A DNA stretch of 64,000 nucleotides from Schizochytrium sp. TIO01 (taxonomy: Eukaryota; Protista; Bigyra: Labyrinthulomycetes). A program made the translations under genes and the position numbers. The DNA lies in contig SMSO01000036.1 of NCBI GenBank assembly GCA_004764695.1, positions 1,860,001 to 1,924,000 on the forward strand. Direction: 5' to 3'. Of this stretch, positions 1-11,077 are shown piece after piece; position 1 is the first letter of the stretch; every line of letters starts with the position of its first letter. A model generated the notes under the pieces. The model searched no databases. It worked only from the letters and a program-made list of their open reading frames with translations, and was not told where the DNA came from.

Positions 1-581
1 TGACCTCTCTCTTGGTGCTCAGGCTGAGGCACTTCTTGCAAGTCTCGAAGAACCTACTGGGGGTAGCGTCTCCCAAACACAAAATACCGAAGACCTCACC
101 GACAATAATGACAAGCATGTATCTTCCGCTAAAATCAATATGCCAAGTGGTTCTGAGTTATCACGGGTTCTTGAATTTCTTGATCTCAGCTCCAACTCTG
201 AACAAGAATTAAAACCTCTCTCAGCAGCATTCACAGATCGTGCAAGTAAGATTGCTATTGAAATGAACGACCAAGATGTACGCATCGAGCACCATGATAC
301 GACAGATAGGGTCACAACAGTTGACCCTGGGCAGCATAATGTTGCAGAAAACATAACGTCAGTGACATCAGCAGCTCCTTCCCGCCCCCCCTTTGACCGT
401 CGGCCGCCGAGGCACCCGAGACGAGGTCTATGCTGCCTCATATGGGGCATCAAACCGCCGTAGTGAAAGAGCAAGTTTTGATCAAGATCACCAAGACGAG
501 CAAGATCACGGCAGTGACGATACTGATGGCGATGAGGAACAGGAAGAATGGCAGGCTATGCGAAGAAGAACAAAAGGTTAA
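1..581 (+). CDS. 3' end of an unknown low-complexity protein that starts upstream of the window; apparent frameshift at the C-run 385-391
   Basis: Frame 2 is open from base 2 to 463 (DLSLGAQAEALLASLEEPTGG...SAAPSRP). Frame 3 (393-581) gives a plausible acidic C-terminus (TVGRRGTRDEVY...DDTDGDEEQEEWQAMRRRTKG*), followed by AT-rich 3' sequence. Removing one C from the 7-C run joins the two frames. Confidence 0.5.
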
Positions 582-818
582 GTAGCCCTTGGTAATTCTA
601 CAAGCAACATAAATGGTAACAAAAATAATTACGAAAGATATGATAATCATTTTGGACGGCTGGCTCACTCTGAACACCAAAGTAGCAATCAATCATTGTT
701 GTTTGAAAAACAACGAATGATAACAATGCATAGCATGAGCGGATAGCATAAATACATAACCATGGCTTTTAGTTAACTATTTATTTAGTATGTTTTGAAA
801 AATAAACATTGTAAAGAG

Positions 819-2810
819 CTAATTGATAGTGAATTTGGCACTACGCAGACGGTTCAAAGCGCCTGCAATCTCAAAACGCCTAGGAATAACTAGATTACCG
901 GAATGACTAAAAGAAGCAATTGCATCAAGGCCTCCATGTTCAATCTCTGCATCGACGAGGTCAAGAATCTCAGATACAGTACGTTTACCATCAAGCACGC
1001 GGGACTTGAGTAACCATTGCATGACATCAACAATTGCACGGACTTGGCTAACTTCTACGAGCTGTTCTAGACCACCAAGATCCAGGTTTTCTTCTCCAAA
1101 TGAAATAGTATCGAGACGACGAGCAACAACCTTGTTGTTGACTTCTCCACGAGGGATGAATCCATCAGGCTGTGGGATGCGCGGAGACCAAGGATCCATT
1201 TTTTCTTGAAAGCGACCACCCTTGCCATCAATTCCGAGAGTGCCAAGGTGGCGCTTAGCGATAGCTTGAGCTTTAGTTGTTACATCATAAGGCTTGTACG
1301 AGTCCATCATGACCACAGTATCAGCAACCTCAAAGTAATCACCCGCTCCACCAATCACAAGGATTGTACTAACTCCATACTGTTCGTACAGCGCACGGAC
1401 TTTTGCAATAAACGGTTTGATCGGTTCTTTATCAGATGAGACAAGCTCCATCATGCGTTCATCACGGATCATAAAATTTGTCGCACAAGTGTCTTCATCA
1501 ATCAGGAGGGTATCCGCACCAGCCTCAAGAGCCTCTATAATGTTAGTAGCCTGAGAGGTACTTCCACTAGCATCCAACGTAGAAAAGCAACTAGTGTCAC
1601 GACCATATGGGAGATTGGAAATGAAAGGAGAGATATTTACGGAAGAAATGCTGCGACCGTCCTCAGCACGGACCTTGACGGTTCGCTCGGAGCAGGTGAC
1701 AAATTCCCGGCCATCCCCAGGAACATGGTTATAAGATCCCATCTCAAGAGCTTGTAGAACAGTACTCTTACCGTGAAATCCACCTCCTACGATGAGGGTA
1801 ACGCCACGCGGAATCGCCATACCTGTGATCTTGCCTGCATTTGGTAGCTCAAACGTATGGGATAACGACTCAGGCGTCTCAAACGCAACCGCTTGAGAAG
1901 CTGACATCGGCGTGTCACTCGCACCACTAGCACGAGGCAGAATTGATCCATTTGCCACAAAGCCAGCAAAGCCATTGTCGCGGAGTTGAATGCGAAGGGA
2001 GTCCTGGTCTTCCACACTCTGGAGGTGACGCTCAATTGCATCCAGGTTATGTGCAGGCGCAAAAAGACTACGTTGCGCGATCATAGGGAGGTGTCCTGTG
2101 AGAATATTAAATGCCCATTCACCCAAAACAGACCTTCCTCGTGCTGGTAATCCCACAGTGAAGCGCGCTTCAATGTCTCCATTTTCATTTACTAAAACAG
2201 ATGTGCGACCCAGCACATGCTGCGATGGAATGTCCATAGAAATATCTCCACCTTTGGCGCCTCCATAGGACGCGCTTTGTTGCTTTTGGTCAGCTCCCAT
2301 GGCGCTTGCCACCGACGTAAAACTTCGACTCAAGAAATCACAAAATGCAATCTTGCGGAGCTGCGAGCTCTTGGTCCACGCCGGGAAGTTGGCATCTTTG
2401 CCAGATACCGTAACGTGCGCTCTTGACGCTGACGCAAATGGGTCACTCTGCACATGATCAAATGTAAGTCCAACCTGGCCATGCTGCGATTGGAATACCC
2501 ATGTGCCATAAAGCTCTTTGTACGCGCCATAAGAACCGCCATCTATGCGTTCCAGCACCTGCTGAAGCTCCTGGGCTGACCTAACGCGCGATTTTTGGGC
2601 GTCGGAAGGTCCTGAGGGCTGTTGTTGGTGTCCAAAGCTACCCCCGCTTTCGCCGCCGCCACGACCTCTGCCACGACCTCCACCTCCGTATTTGTTGCGA
2701 TAATACTCGCCTCGGCCACCGCCTCCACCTCCGCGACTTCCGCCGCGTCCACCTCCACCATACTTTTCACGATAATAAGCGCCGCCGCGACCGCCTCCAC
2801 GAGAGGACAT
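819..2810 (-). CDS. ABC-class ATPase (COG3044 / ABC_ATPase family, MRB1590-like) with N-terminal RGG-rich tail
   Basis: 663-aa ORF with Walker A GGGFHGKST, Walker B LLIDEDT, and family motifs YGAYK, DHVQSDPFA, AEDGR, ASGSTSQA and RRFEIAGALNRLR. The first ~55 aa are RGG/Gly-rich. Confidence 0.9.
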   Translation of the reverse strand: MSSRGGGRGGAYYREKYGGGGRGGSRGGGGGGRGEYYRNKYGGGGRGRGRGGGESGGSFGHQQQPSGPSDAQKSRVRSAQELQQVLERIDGGSYGAYKELYGTWVFQSQHGQVGLTFDHVQSDPFASASRAHVTVSGKDANFPAWTKSSQLRKIAFCDFLSRSFTSVASAMGADQKQQSASYGGAKGGDISMDIPSQHVLGRTSVLVNENGDIEARFTVGLPARGRSVLGEWAFNILTGHLPMIAQRSLFAPAHNLDAIERHLQSVEDQDSLRIQLRDNGFAGFVANGSILPRASGASDTPMSASQAVAFETPESLSHTFELPNAGKITGMAIPRGVTLIVGGGFHGKSTVLQALEMGSYNHVPGDGREFVTCSERTVKVRAEDGRSISSVNISPFISNLPYGRDTSCFSTLDASGSTSQATNIIEALEAGADTLLIDEDTCATNFMIRDERMMELVSSDKEPIKPFIAKVRALYEQYGVSTILVIGGAGDYFEVADTVVMMDSYKPYDVTTKAQAIAKRHLGTLGIDGKGGRFQEKMDPWSPRIPQPDGFIPRGEVNNKVVARRLDTISFGEENLDLGGLEQLVEVSQVRAIVDVMQWLLKSRVLDGKRTVSEILDLVDAEIEHGGLDAIASFSHSGNLVIPRRFEIAGALNRLRSAKFTIN

Positions 2811-3748
2811 GCTCAGTTGCCTTGAAGAGTTGCTCTAAACTAGCCCAAAGCTTTGCAGAAGAAATTCTGAGAAAACAACGAACTTGTAGATACCACCCGC
2901 ACGAGTGGTTTTAGGATTTGGTTTTTATTTGGGATGATGCTGCAAAATTCATAGATTTTTTAATTGTATTTTTTTAAGATTTAAAAAAAAATTCTTTGTA
3001 TCGCGTCATTCATTCTTTATGTTAGTTCTTCTCTTAATACCATTTTTAAATGGTCAGTGTGAATCTCAGGTTCTACATTACAGCTCAGTGATGAATGGCC
3101 ACACGAAGAGCTACAAAACATGTGCCACAGTTCGAAATCTGAAGAATTCATTCCATGCGTTTGAATTGCACAGGGCAGCATGAACCTTTAGCTTTTGTTT
3201 TCTGATGTTTTTTGTCTCCTAAGATTTCAGGGAATCATGGCTCCATTATCTAAAAGTGTTTTTCTTAAGGTCTGCTTCGTTTATGTTTTCTTTTGAGCTA
3301 GAGCTGAAATTTGACAATGTAAATAGGCACTTGCGAGATGGATAATTTAAGGACCAATGAAGAGAGAAGCATTCAATGTAAAGAAAACAGGACTGGCTGT
3401 GTTTAGATAATACGTGGCTTACACCACTCGCTATTATGACTATTTGTTTTCATTCGATTAAAGATCTTCAACACGCTGCGAGATTGTTTCGTGCGTTTTT
3501 GCTCGGTAGGTGATTTATACGACAAAGATGTTGAGAGCGAATGCCTCTAGAATCTGTGGGAACACCAAAAAAGAAAAAGAAGAAGAAGAAAAAAGAAAAA
3601 GAAAGAATCATCATACGTATATAGCGCAGTCGGCCAGGTCTCGCATAAAGCCAGGTTCCGGCATACAAATCTGTGATTGCGCAGGCTTACTTTTATGTGT
3701 GTCATTATATTTGTAAAAAAAGGATAGAAAAATGCGTGGTGCTCTTAC

Positions 3749-5221
3749 TTATTTCTTGTTGCCAAAGGCAAGGTAAGAAGGGTCACCAAGGCGACGGGGG
3801 TTGAAGCGCTGCTTGGCAGCAAAGAGAATAGCAAGGAAGAGACAAATGGCACCAACCGACAGGTAAGCAATACCGAGGACATCATTTTTGCCACCAAGAG
3901 GAGAAGTAGTACCCAGAACAATGGCCTTGCTGCCCTCAATGCTACTCACCAAAAAGTTAGGTACGACACTAAGAGTGATCTTGTCTCCACTCTTAAATCC
4001 ACCAGAAGGAGGGGTGATGTGGCCATACAACTTGCGGAAAGTAGGAAGACCAGCAGTTCGCATCCAAACAATGAAACGCTCGTTACGAACACCATCGCTG
4101 CTGGTGGATGAGGTTGTGTCTGAAGGCGGCTTGATACCTCCCGCATGAACAAAGATATCAGAGTCCGACTCACAGGCAGCACAACCATTGCCAAAAACAG
4201 TGGTGTTGGCACCGATGGACTCAATAAGAGAAGCCCAGGCGGAGGACCCATACTCGGCCTCGCCAAGCTCAGTTACATAAGTGGTCCAGTTCTTGCATGC
4301 AGACGGAGACTGAGAGAGGTCAGGAGCGTCGGCATTGCTTGCAAGGGGTGGGTAGCACACGAACTGATCGTAGGTCTGCCACAAATATTGGTATTGATAG
4401 TAGCGCACAGGGCAAAGGTTTCCACTAGGGCTGTTGAGGTTGTCTGTGCATCCAGAGCTTGTTGGGTTACGGTATTTGTTGTCCAGATCTGACTCCCAGG
4501 CGATGCCAGTCGTGTTCAGCTGGATGTCGTAGTCGGAGGAGTTGAGAGCTACTCCGGCGGCGTAGTCCACAACGGTATCGCCACGTTCAAAGCGACGCAA
4601 GGTCACGCCATCGTTGAAAACACTGAGTGCAATGAGACCACACGGGTAGTAGACACGGTCCTCGAAGGCTGAGTTGGAGAAGCTCTCTGAAGGGTCACAT
4701 GAGGTACTGAGGGTGCTGTCGGAGGTGGAGGTTACAGGGTTGAGGGTAACATCACCAAGGAGCTGGTCTTCACTCACCGACTTGACGTAACGGCGGTGGT
4801 TTTGGTAGAAATTTGAGATCTCATAGTACATAAAAACCTCCTCGTCCTCGGGAATATCTTGAGTGATCTCGAACTCAAGTTCGCAAGCGTTGTAGCTGGT
4901 GCCGGACATGAGACGGGAGTAGCCTTCGTTAATCTCTGTAATGCGGCACGAGTCACTTACGCCAGAGCTAATCTCGCTGTCTTCATAGCTGTCGTAGGTT
5001 ACTGAGAACTCGTACAGGTCATCGGAGAGCTTCCACAGGTAGGCTCCCACCGGCACGAAGATCACACCAACGATGATAAAGGTACCAATTACCCAAGCAG
5101 GAGTGAGAATAGGCTGCCAGGCATCGAGCTTCTGCTGCTTGAACTTGGTATTCTCAGGGCGGTTGGCATTGGGACCGCGGTCACCGCTGTTGCCATTATT
5201 ATTGTTGCCAAAGGGGAACAT
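3749..5221 (-). CDS. CDC50: CDC50/LEM3 family P4-ATPase flippase beta subunit
   Basis: Motifs FKQQKLDAWQPILTP, NFYQNHRRYVKS, PCGLIA, NERFIVWMRTAGLPTFRKLY and LGGKN, with two TM helices. Start placed at ATG 5221 (MFPFG), not at the ORF-track start 5455. Confidence 0.95.
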   Translation of the reverse strand: MFPFGNNNNGNSGDRGPNANRPENTKFKQQKLDAWQPILTPAWVIGTFIIVGVIFVPVGAYLWKLSDDLYEFSVTYDSYEDSEISSGVSDSCRITEINEGYSRLMSGTSYNACELEFEITQDIPEDEEVFMYYEISNFYQNHRRYVKSVSEDQLLGDVTLNPVTSTSDSTLSTSCDPSESFSNSAFEDRVYYPCGLIALSVFNDGVTLRRFERGDTVVDYAAGVALNSSDYDIQLNTTGIAWESDLDNKYRNPTSSGCTDNLNSPSGNLCPVRYYQYQYLWQTYDQFVCYPPLASNADAPDLSQSPSACKNWTTYVTELGEAEYGSSAWASLIESIGANTTVFGNGCAACESDSDIFVHAGGIKPPSDTTSSTSSDGVRNERFIVWMRTAGLPTFRKLYGHITPPSGGFKSGDKITLSVVPNFLVSSIEGSKAIVLGTTSPLGGKNDVLGIAYLSVGAICLFLAILFAAKQRFNPRRLGDPSYLAFGNKK

Positions 5222-6048
5222 TTTGGCACTGAGGATTTGTATTCCGTGTGTCACACACACAGAAAGTCGCTTCAAGATGCAACCGAGGAGATGGGTCTTG
5301 CGATACAGAAGAGCAGGGACTTCTACGGAGGTTTCTGCGCAGAGCCTAGTATAATCCACGGGGCCACGCACGGAGGTATGAAATTCGTGCGAGCAAACAA
5401 CTTTATTTGGTATGACTATTGTCGGCACCGAGTCCTCCAGGAGCCGAATGAACACGCCCGACGCCGTTCTCGAGCTCCGAACTGAGCGGTGCTCGTTTGA
5501 GCCTTCACCGGAGGGCCCTCTGAGTCCTCTGTCCTCGCCAGAGCGCTTCCGGGGCGCTCGCTCGCGGAGTTGGTTGAAGGAATGAATTGATTATCGATCA
5601 ATCGCAAAGGAAGAAAAGAACGATCGATCGATCGATCGAACGAATGAATGAATGAAAACATTGTTTACACTACCATCTAACTACTAGTCCAAGTACGAAT
5701 TATCGTTCACCCAACTCTATAGATTAACAGGAAACTTTATTCCGATTAAAGCCAATATTGTGCTCAACAAACAATAAGCGCGTACGTAATAACTAAGTGA
5801 AGAAAGCCAAGTTTATCAAACTTTGTAAACCTGCAGTCCTCCTAAAACCCATCAGCGAGGGAGGGAAGGAAGGAATTCCAGTCTTGTCTTAGCCAAGCCA
5901 ACACATTTTCCACGCGCTCTTCATCGGTACGTAAACACCAATCTATCGATCAATTACCCAAACAAACAAACAAACAAACAATCAAATAAATAAATTACCA
6001 AAGTATTTAGCCTCATATTACCTCTTTTTTTTCTCAACCGACTCAATC

Positions 6049-6050
<2 letters not shown>

Positions 6051-6106
<56 letters not shown>
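6051..6106. repeat. (TTTC)n microsatellite
   Basis: Direct reading of the sequence. Confidence 0.95.
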
Positions 6107-6107
<1 letters not shown>

Positions 6108-6569
6108 CTGTCTTCTCCTCCTTTTCGAGTCGGAATGAATCGATGAAGAAACAAACTCCGTCGTACAGCAGACAGACTCTGCCTGAGGCGCCGCCCATTC
6201 CACTGACTCCCCAGGAGAGGTCGATGCTCACTCAGAGCGTAGCGCGGCAAAAGAACAACGAGGAGGAGAAGACAGAGAAAGAAACCACAGACGCAGTTCG
6301 GCGAGAACGTCGAACATTCAGTCAGCCAGAAGAAACAAAAGGAGGAGGAGAAAGACGAACTATTGTAACTATTATGTAGGCACCTACCTTCCTACATATT
6401 TCATAGAAGCTTTATCAACAATTTTTATTTTATTTTCAATTGAAATTGTGAACAGAACTATACAGAATCAGTAAAGAGGGAACAAAGAGCAAACTTTTAC
6501 CTAGGTAGTACTACCTAGCAGCCTCCTAATTGTCGATACTTGTCATCAACGAAGCGGCCTTATAGACCA

Positions 6570-6613
6570 AACCTAACCTAACCTAAGTTAACCTAACCTA
6601 ACCTAACCTAACC
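6570..6613. repeat. (AACCT)n / (TTAGG)n telomere-type interstitial repeat
   Basis: AACCT x3, AAGTT, AACCT x4, then AACC. Confidence 0.8.
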
Positions 6614-6878
6614 GGGCGGGTGCGCTCCTCAGGGAGGAAGAGCTCGGGGGGCTCCGAAGTTGTTCAGGTTCTTCTTCGTTTTGAGAGAGGACTGTTGCGA
6701 GAGCTGACTGAGGTTGTCTGCGCAGCGCAACTCGTCACTCGCTGCAATTAATCGAAGGGCGTAGAGTTGATTGATCGTGGTGCATGAAACTATCACCGCA
6801 GGTTTTCAGGCATGCACGTAATGGTCTGGCACAGGACCGATGCAAAATCATTCCTCTAAAGTCTGCCCGCTCTTACAC

Positions 6879-6912
6879 GAGGAGGAGGAGGAGGAGGAGG
6901 AGGAGGAGGAGG
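6879..6912. repeat. (GAG)n microsatellite
   Basis: Direct reading of the sequence. Confidence 0.9.
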
Positions 6913-9900
6913 GTGTTTATGTTCTCTCTCTCGGGTGGATGGATGGATGGATTGAGCTTTCAAGGAGGAAGGGAAGCAATGTGAAGCTAACATAACGGAT
7001 GCGATTCAGGTCAGCGTGCATTACATGCATGTCTTGGTTCTGCCTGCCTCTAAGGGACCCCAAGGCTGCGACGAAGGACAATAAGGATGGATTATCGTCA
7101 CATCAAAGCTTCAAGTTAGCAGGGTATTTCGCAGCTCGACTCGAAGGCGAGGACATAGGTTGCTAAGTTGTTTGTTCATCGCCTTTAAAGCTCGCAGAAC
7201 TTCATCCAACGCGCCTCTAGCTAGGTTCCTAGAGACGCTGGACCATTTCTTCTGAAGTTCATCTGCTTTGGATGTGTAAGAAGGACGGCATCAGATTAAC
7301 TAAGTTTGGCTAACTTTGTGATTCTCAACCTGAGTCTTCGAAGGGTGCTCCATAAGGGCCCTATTACGGCCCGTGCACGGGAATTTACAAGTTCTTGTGA
7401 CCGATTTCACCTCTTTGATAGACACGCGAAGTAGGTAGTAGCTTCATAGGTACATCCATACACACATACATACATGCATAGATGCATAGATGCCGAGTAC
7501 CAGGTGGACAGGTAGTACTTGCTGCTGCTGCTGCTGCTGCTGTGTTTGTTTGCTTTAAGGAGGAGCCTGACTTGGAAATGACGTAGCTCGGCACCTCATT
7601 GCGGACGCGAATATCCCCTCCACGAAACGATGCGCGTTGCCCGAAAAAACAAAAGAGAGATCAGCAACAGAGCTTCTGTCAAGTTCAATGTATGACGAGC
7701 CCAGCTCAGACCTGGCCGCCAAGAGCAGAATAACAAAGCAAAAGGGAAAGCACGCCTGAGAAATATTGCAATTCCTCCGGCAGCCGCATCGTAATCGCAA
7801 TCTTCAAAGAGAGAGAGACATACTTAACTTGCTTGTCAGTTGTCCACGATCAAACATTATCGGCCGGCACTCTCGCCGGTTGTTCCGCGTGGCCTCTCTC
7901 TGCTCCAAGGCCACCCCTCCTCAAGCCGCTTGCCTCGATTGCCCTCCCTCCCTCCCTTTGCGCAGTCCACGCCAACCTCCGTCGACGGCGGCATCAGGGC
8001 GGACTGTGCGGGCACGAGCTCGAGCGCTCTTGAGGGCAATCGCAAGCCGAAGCAGCATCGGCGAAGGCAGTCCGTCGGTCAGCCCAAGGCTAGAAAGGCT
8101 GATGCAGACAGAACCAGCGCAGCCTGCGCAGCGCACGCTCGGGCGCTAGGGAGCAGGCGCAAGTAGGTACCTTCATACCTGGGTCCGCCACGTCGGTGTT
8201 TGTTTGTTTGTTTGTCTGTTTGTCTGTCTGTCTGTTTGTCTGTTTATTCCGAGAGCGGCTTGAGAGCGGCGCGCGTTGATCTGCATTGGTTCGCATTGAT
8301 TTGCAGCGCAGATTTGCCTTCTTGGGCCATAATTCAGAGCGCCGGAGCGTGTCCTCGATGGAGCAGCTTACAAAACAAGTGCCCGCGCCATGATTCAGAA
8401 GCCGTTGTTGCTTGCTCTTGCTTTAGCTTTAGCTTGGTCTTGCGTTTAGCTTGCTTTTGGCTTGCTTTTGGCTTGCTTTCTCGAGGCCAGCGAGGTCAGA
8501 GAGTCAGGATACGAGGCGATGGAGAGCCCTGCGGACTTTTGTGCAGAGGCCGGGGCCACTGGAGATGCAGCTGGGTAGCTATAGCTCGCAAGGAGATGCG
8601 TTGTGACTGCGCTCCGGCAAACTTATTGAACATTGAGTGGGCCAGACACAGCTGAGAAGCTGCTGCTCAGGACGTTGAGCGACATCAGAAGTGGGAGGGG
8701 GTCAGCTGGGACAGCTTTCCTACTCGGCGAGATAGACTTCAGGACGAAGATGTCCGAGCACACACGCGCGAGCTCTGGAAGTAAAGTAGGTAGCTCGCAC
8801 TCTTCGGAAAGGTCTCAGAGATGTGCGAGGAGTAGCTCAAGCGGAATAGCAAGAGGTGCTGATGCCGCGTAGTTTATTTGAGAAAGCAACGACGATCGCA
8901 TGAGTGGACCGAAAGATGCTAAAGAAAGAAAGCACGAGTCTTCATTGAGTGGTGCTTGGGGAGGAAATTTGTCCGTTACACAGAAATTGAGGCCAATCCG
9001 GGATACGGTTTTAATTCTTCTCTTCTGGTATCAAATTGGTGGAAGTTTCGTTACCTTAGTTGAAATGTTGAGTCCAACCATGACTCGACAGGTGTTCGTT
9101 CCCCTGAGGGGGTCGCAAACTCCAGAAGATGTCGGCCGCCGGGTCATCGAAGATCTGAAGTTCCTGTTCCTTTCGTCATCTATGGTCGAAAATGAATGAA
9201 TCAATCTTATTACTGCTAACCATTTCAACACTAGAGAAGCATGCATGTACTAATCTGTGTCTATCCCCAAGCTCTACACCACGCTCTCGCCACTGGAGAA
9301 AAGAGAACTGGAGACAAGAACAAGAAGAAGAAGTACGAGCAGAGGAGGAGATATAATATTATGAAAATTTTGAGTCAGTTTGATATTTACAAACAACCAG
9401 GCTAAGTTCTTGAGAACCGGGGCCGGCCTTACCTAATGTTTTGTCAGAACAATCAATCATGGTAAGTCCCACGCGCACTTTCTCTTCCAAGAATTATAAG
9501 TTTCAAAGTTTCTGTGCAACTGATCTGTATTTTAGTCTTGGGTGAAAGGGGCATTGGGTGATTATTTTTTTAGTATTTTTTTAACCAAGGTCCGATTTGC
9601 TTTAAAAAATACTTTTAATTTTAGATACATATTATATTATATATATATTAAAAATACATTTAAATTCAAAAGATTCTAACTCTTTGCCTAGGTAGGTAGT
9701 CATTACACTAATCAGCCAGCAGAAATGAGTTTAAATCTTTTATTAAAAACAATTATATATGGCTCAAGTAAACAAACACTCGAGCCAAAACAATCACCGT
9801 GCGGTAGCAAATGCTCTTAAGGGGCATGGTGAATATAGTTTTTGTATTTAGATTTTTAATTAAAATTATATCATGAGAGAAGAGAAGAGAGAGAGACTAT

Positions 9901-10313
9901 AATTTGAATACCAAGTCTTAGGTGCCAATAAATAGAAGCAAGCTTCGGCATGAAACTCTGTAGATGTGCTTCGAGTGACGCTGGAGAAGATATTAAGAAA
10001 CTAGGCAAGGACATATACCTGACCAAGCTGCTGCGAAACTTCCTATTCAGGTGATTGGTTGTAAAACAAAACTGGTTTTTGGACTCGTTCGTTAAATCGA
10101 ACTCATAAAGACCTTCGATAGTTGTTTGAGGATGTGAAACAGAATGTAGAATGGTTTGCCAACAGCGCCATTCTATAGTCCCTCTTGATGGGCAAGTTAA
10201 ATCAAAGTTAATGGCCCCTTCAAAATAGGATTTCGATTATATTAAAAAGAAATTGAGGTGTGAAGCCTGGAGAGAATGAGGACTAATCCCTGTTATTATT
10301 TTAAAATAATATA

Positions 10314-10369
10314 ATAGATAGATAGATAGATAGATACATAGATAGACGATAGATAGATAGATAGATAGA

Positions 10370-10435
<66 letters not shown>
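10314..10435. repeat. (GATA)n microsatellite, about 120 bp
   Basis: Direct reading; a few interruptions. Confidence 0.95.
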
Positions 10436-10437
<2 letters not shown>

Positions 10438-11077
10438 AGAGTGTTACTCGCGTATTTAGCGTCACACCACCTTGAAAGTCCGTGTCCATACATCGCGGAT
10501 GACTTAAGGACCATGCAAGCATTTTGTATATATACATATTGTATTCACAAGTGAATACACCTCGCTTTAGGTTGAGGAAGTTTAGGCGCGTCCGTAATTG
10601 CAACGGTCAAATTGCATAGTTTTATTTTGTTTTTTGTTCCTTCCAACAATTCGATTGACTGGAGAAACAATAGGTGCACCTACCAATAACAACAAAGATA
10701 GTCGGCAAGTTAATAACACTGGAAAACATTGTGTTTTAGCTTGTGCTTCGATTGTTGACCTTTCTGTCATCCCTACTCAGATAGCTCTATTGTTCAAGCA
10801 GTGCTGCGGGGGAATGATGCTGTACGCCTTTGCTGATTACCGGAATACTAAGAAAGCCTACAGCACACATAGAAGGAAAGGCAAAACATGAATTGGGCAC
10901 ATTGGAGATGCTGCTTGTTCATTTATGAGACAAGACCTGGACTTGGCAGTAATGCTTGGCTTAATAACGAGAATGTCGGCAGCAACGTGTGGAATGCACG
11001 GCATTAATCAATCGTGGAATGCTACCATCACGTCCATGTTGAGGAATTTAATCAAAGTAGAGATTCCAAGACCACAT

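Noticed and set aside
3088-3142. Box C (GTGATGA) and box D (CTGA) snoRNA-like pair; also GTGATGA in the NDUFS4 intron near 56003
   Set aside because: No convincing terminal stem or recognisable rRNA guide; the intronic one lacks a D box.
5222-5455. N-terminal 78-aa extension of the CDC50 ORF
   Set aside because: It looks like 5'UTR sequence and has no family resemblance; the ATG at 5221 sits just before the conserved region.
5954-6250. ORFs built from microsatellites (KKER, IYLS, FIHS repeats; also 10296-10603 and 15220-15661)
   Set aside because: Translation artefacts of (TTTC)n, (GATA)n and (GAAT)n.
6570-6780. Telomerase RNA template candidate
   Set aside because: About eight repeat units is far longer than a template of roughly 1.5 units, and no supporting structure was identified.
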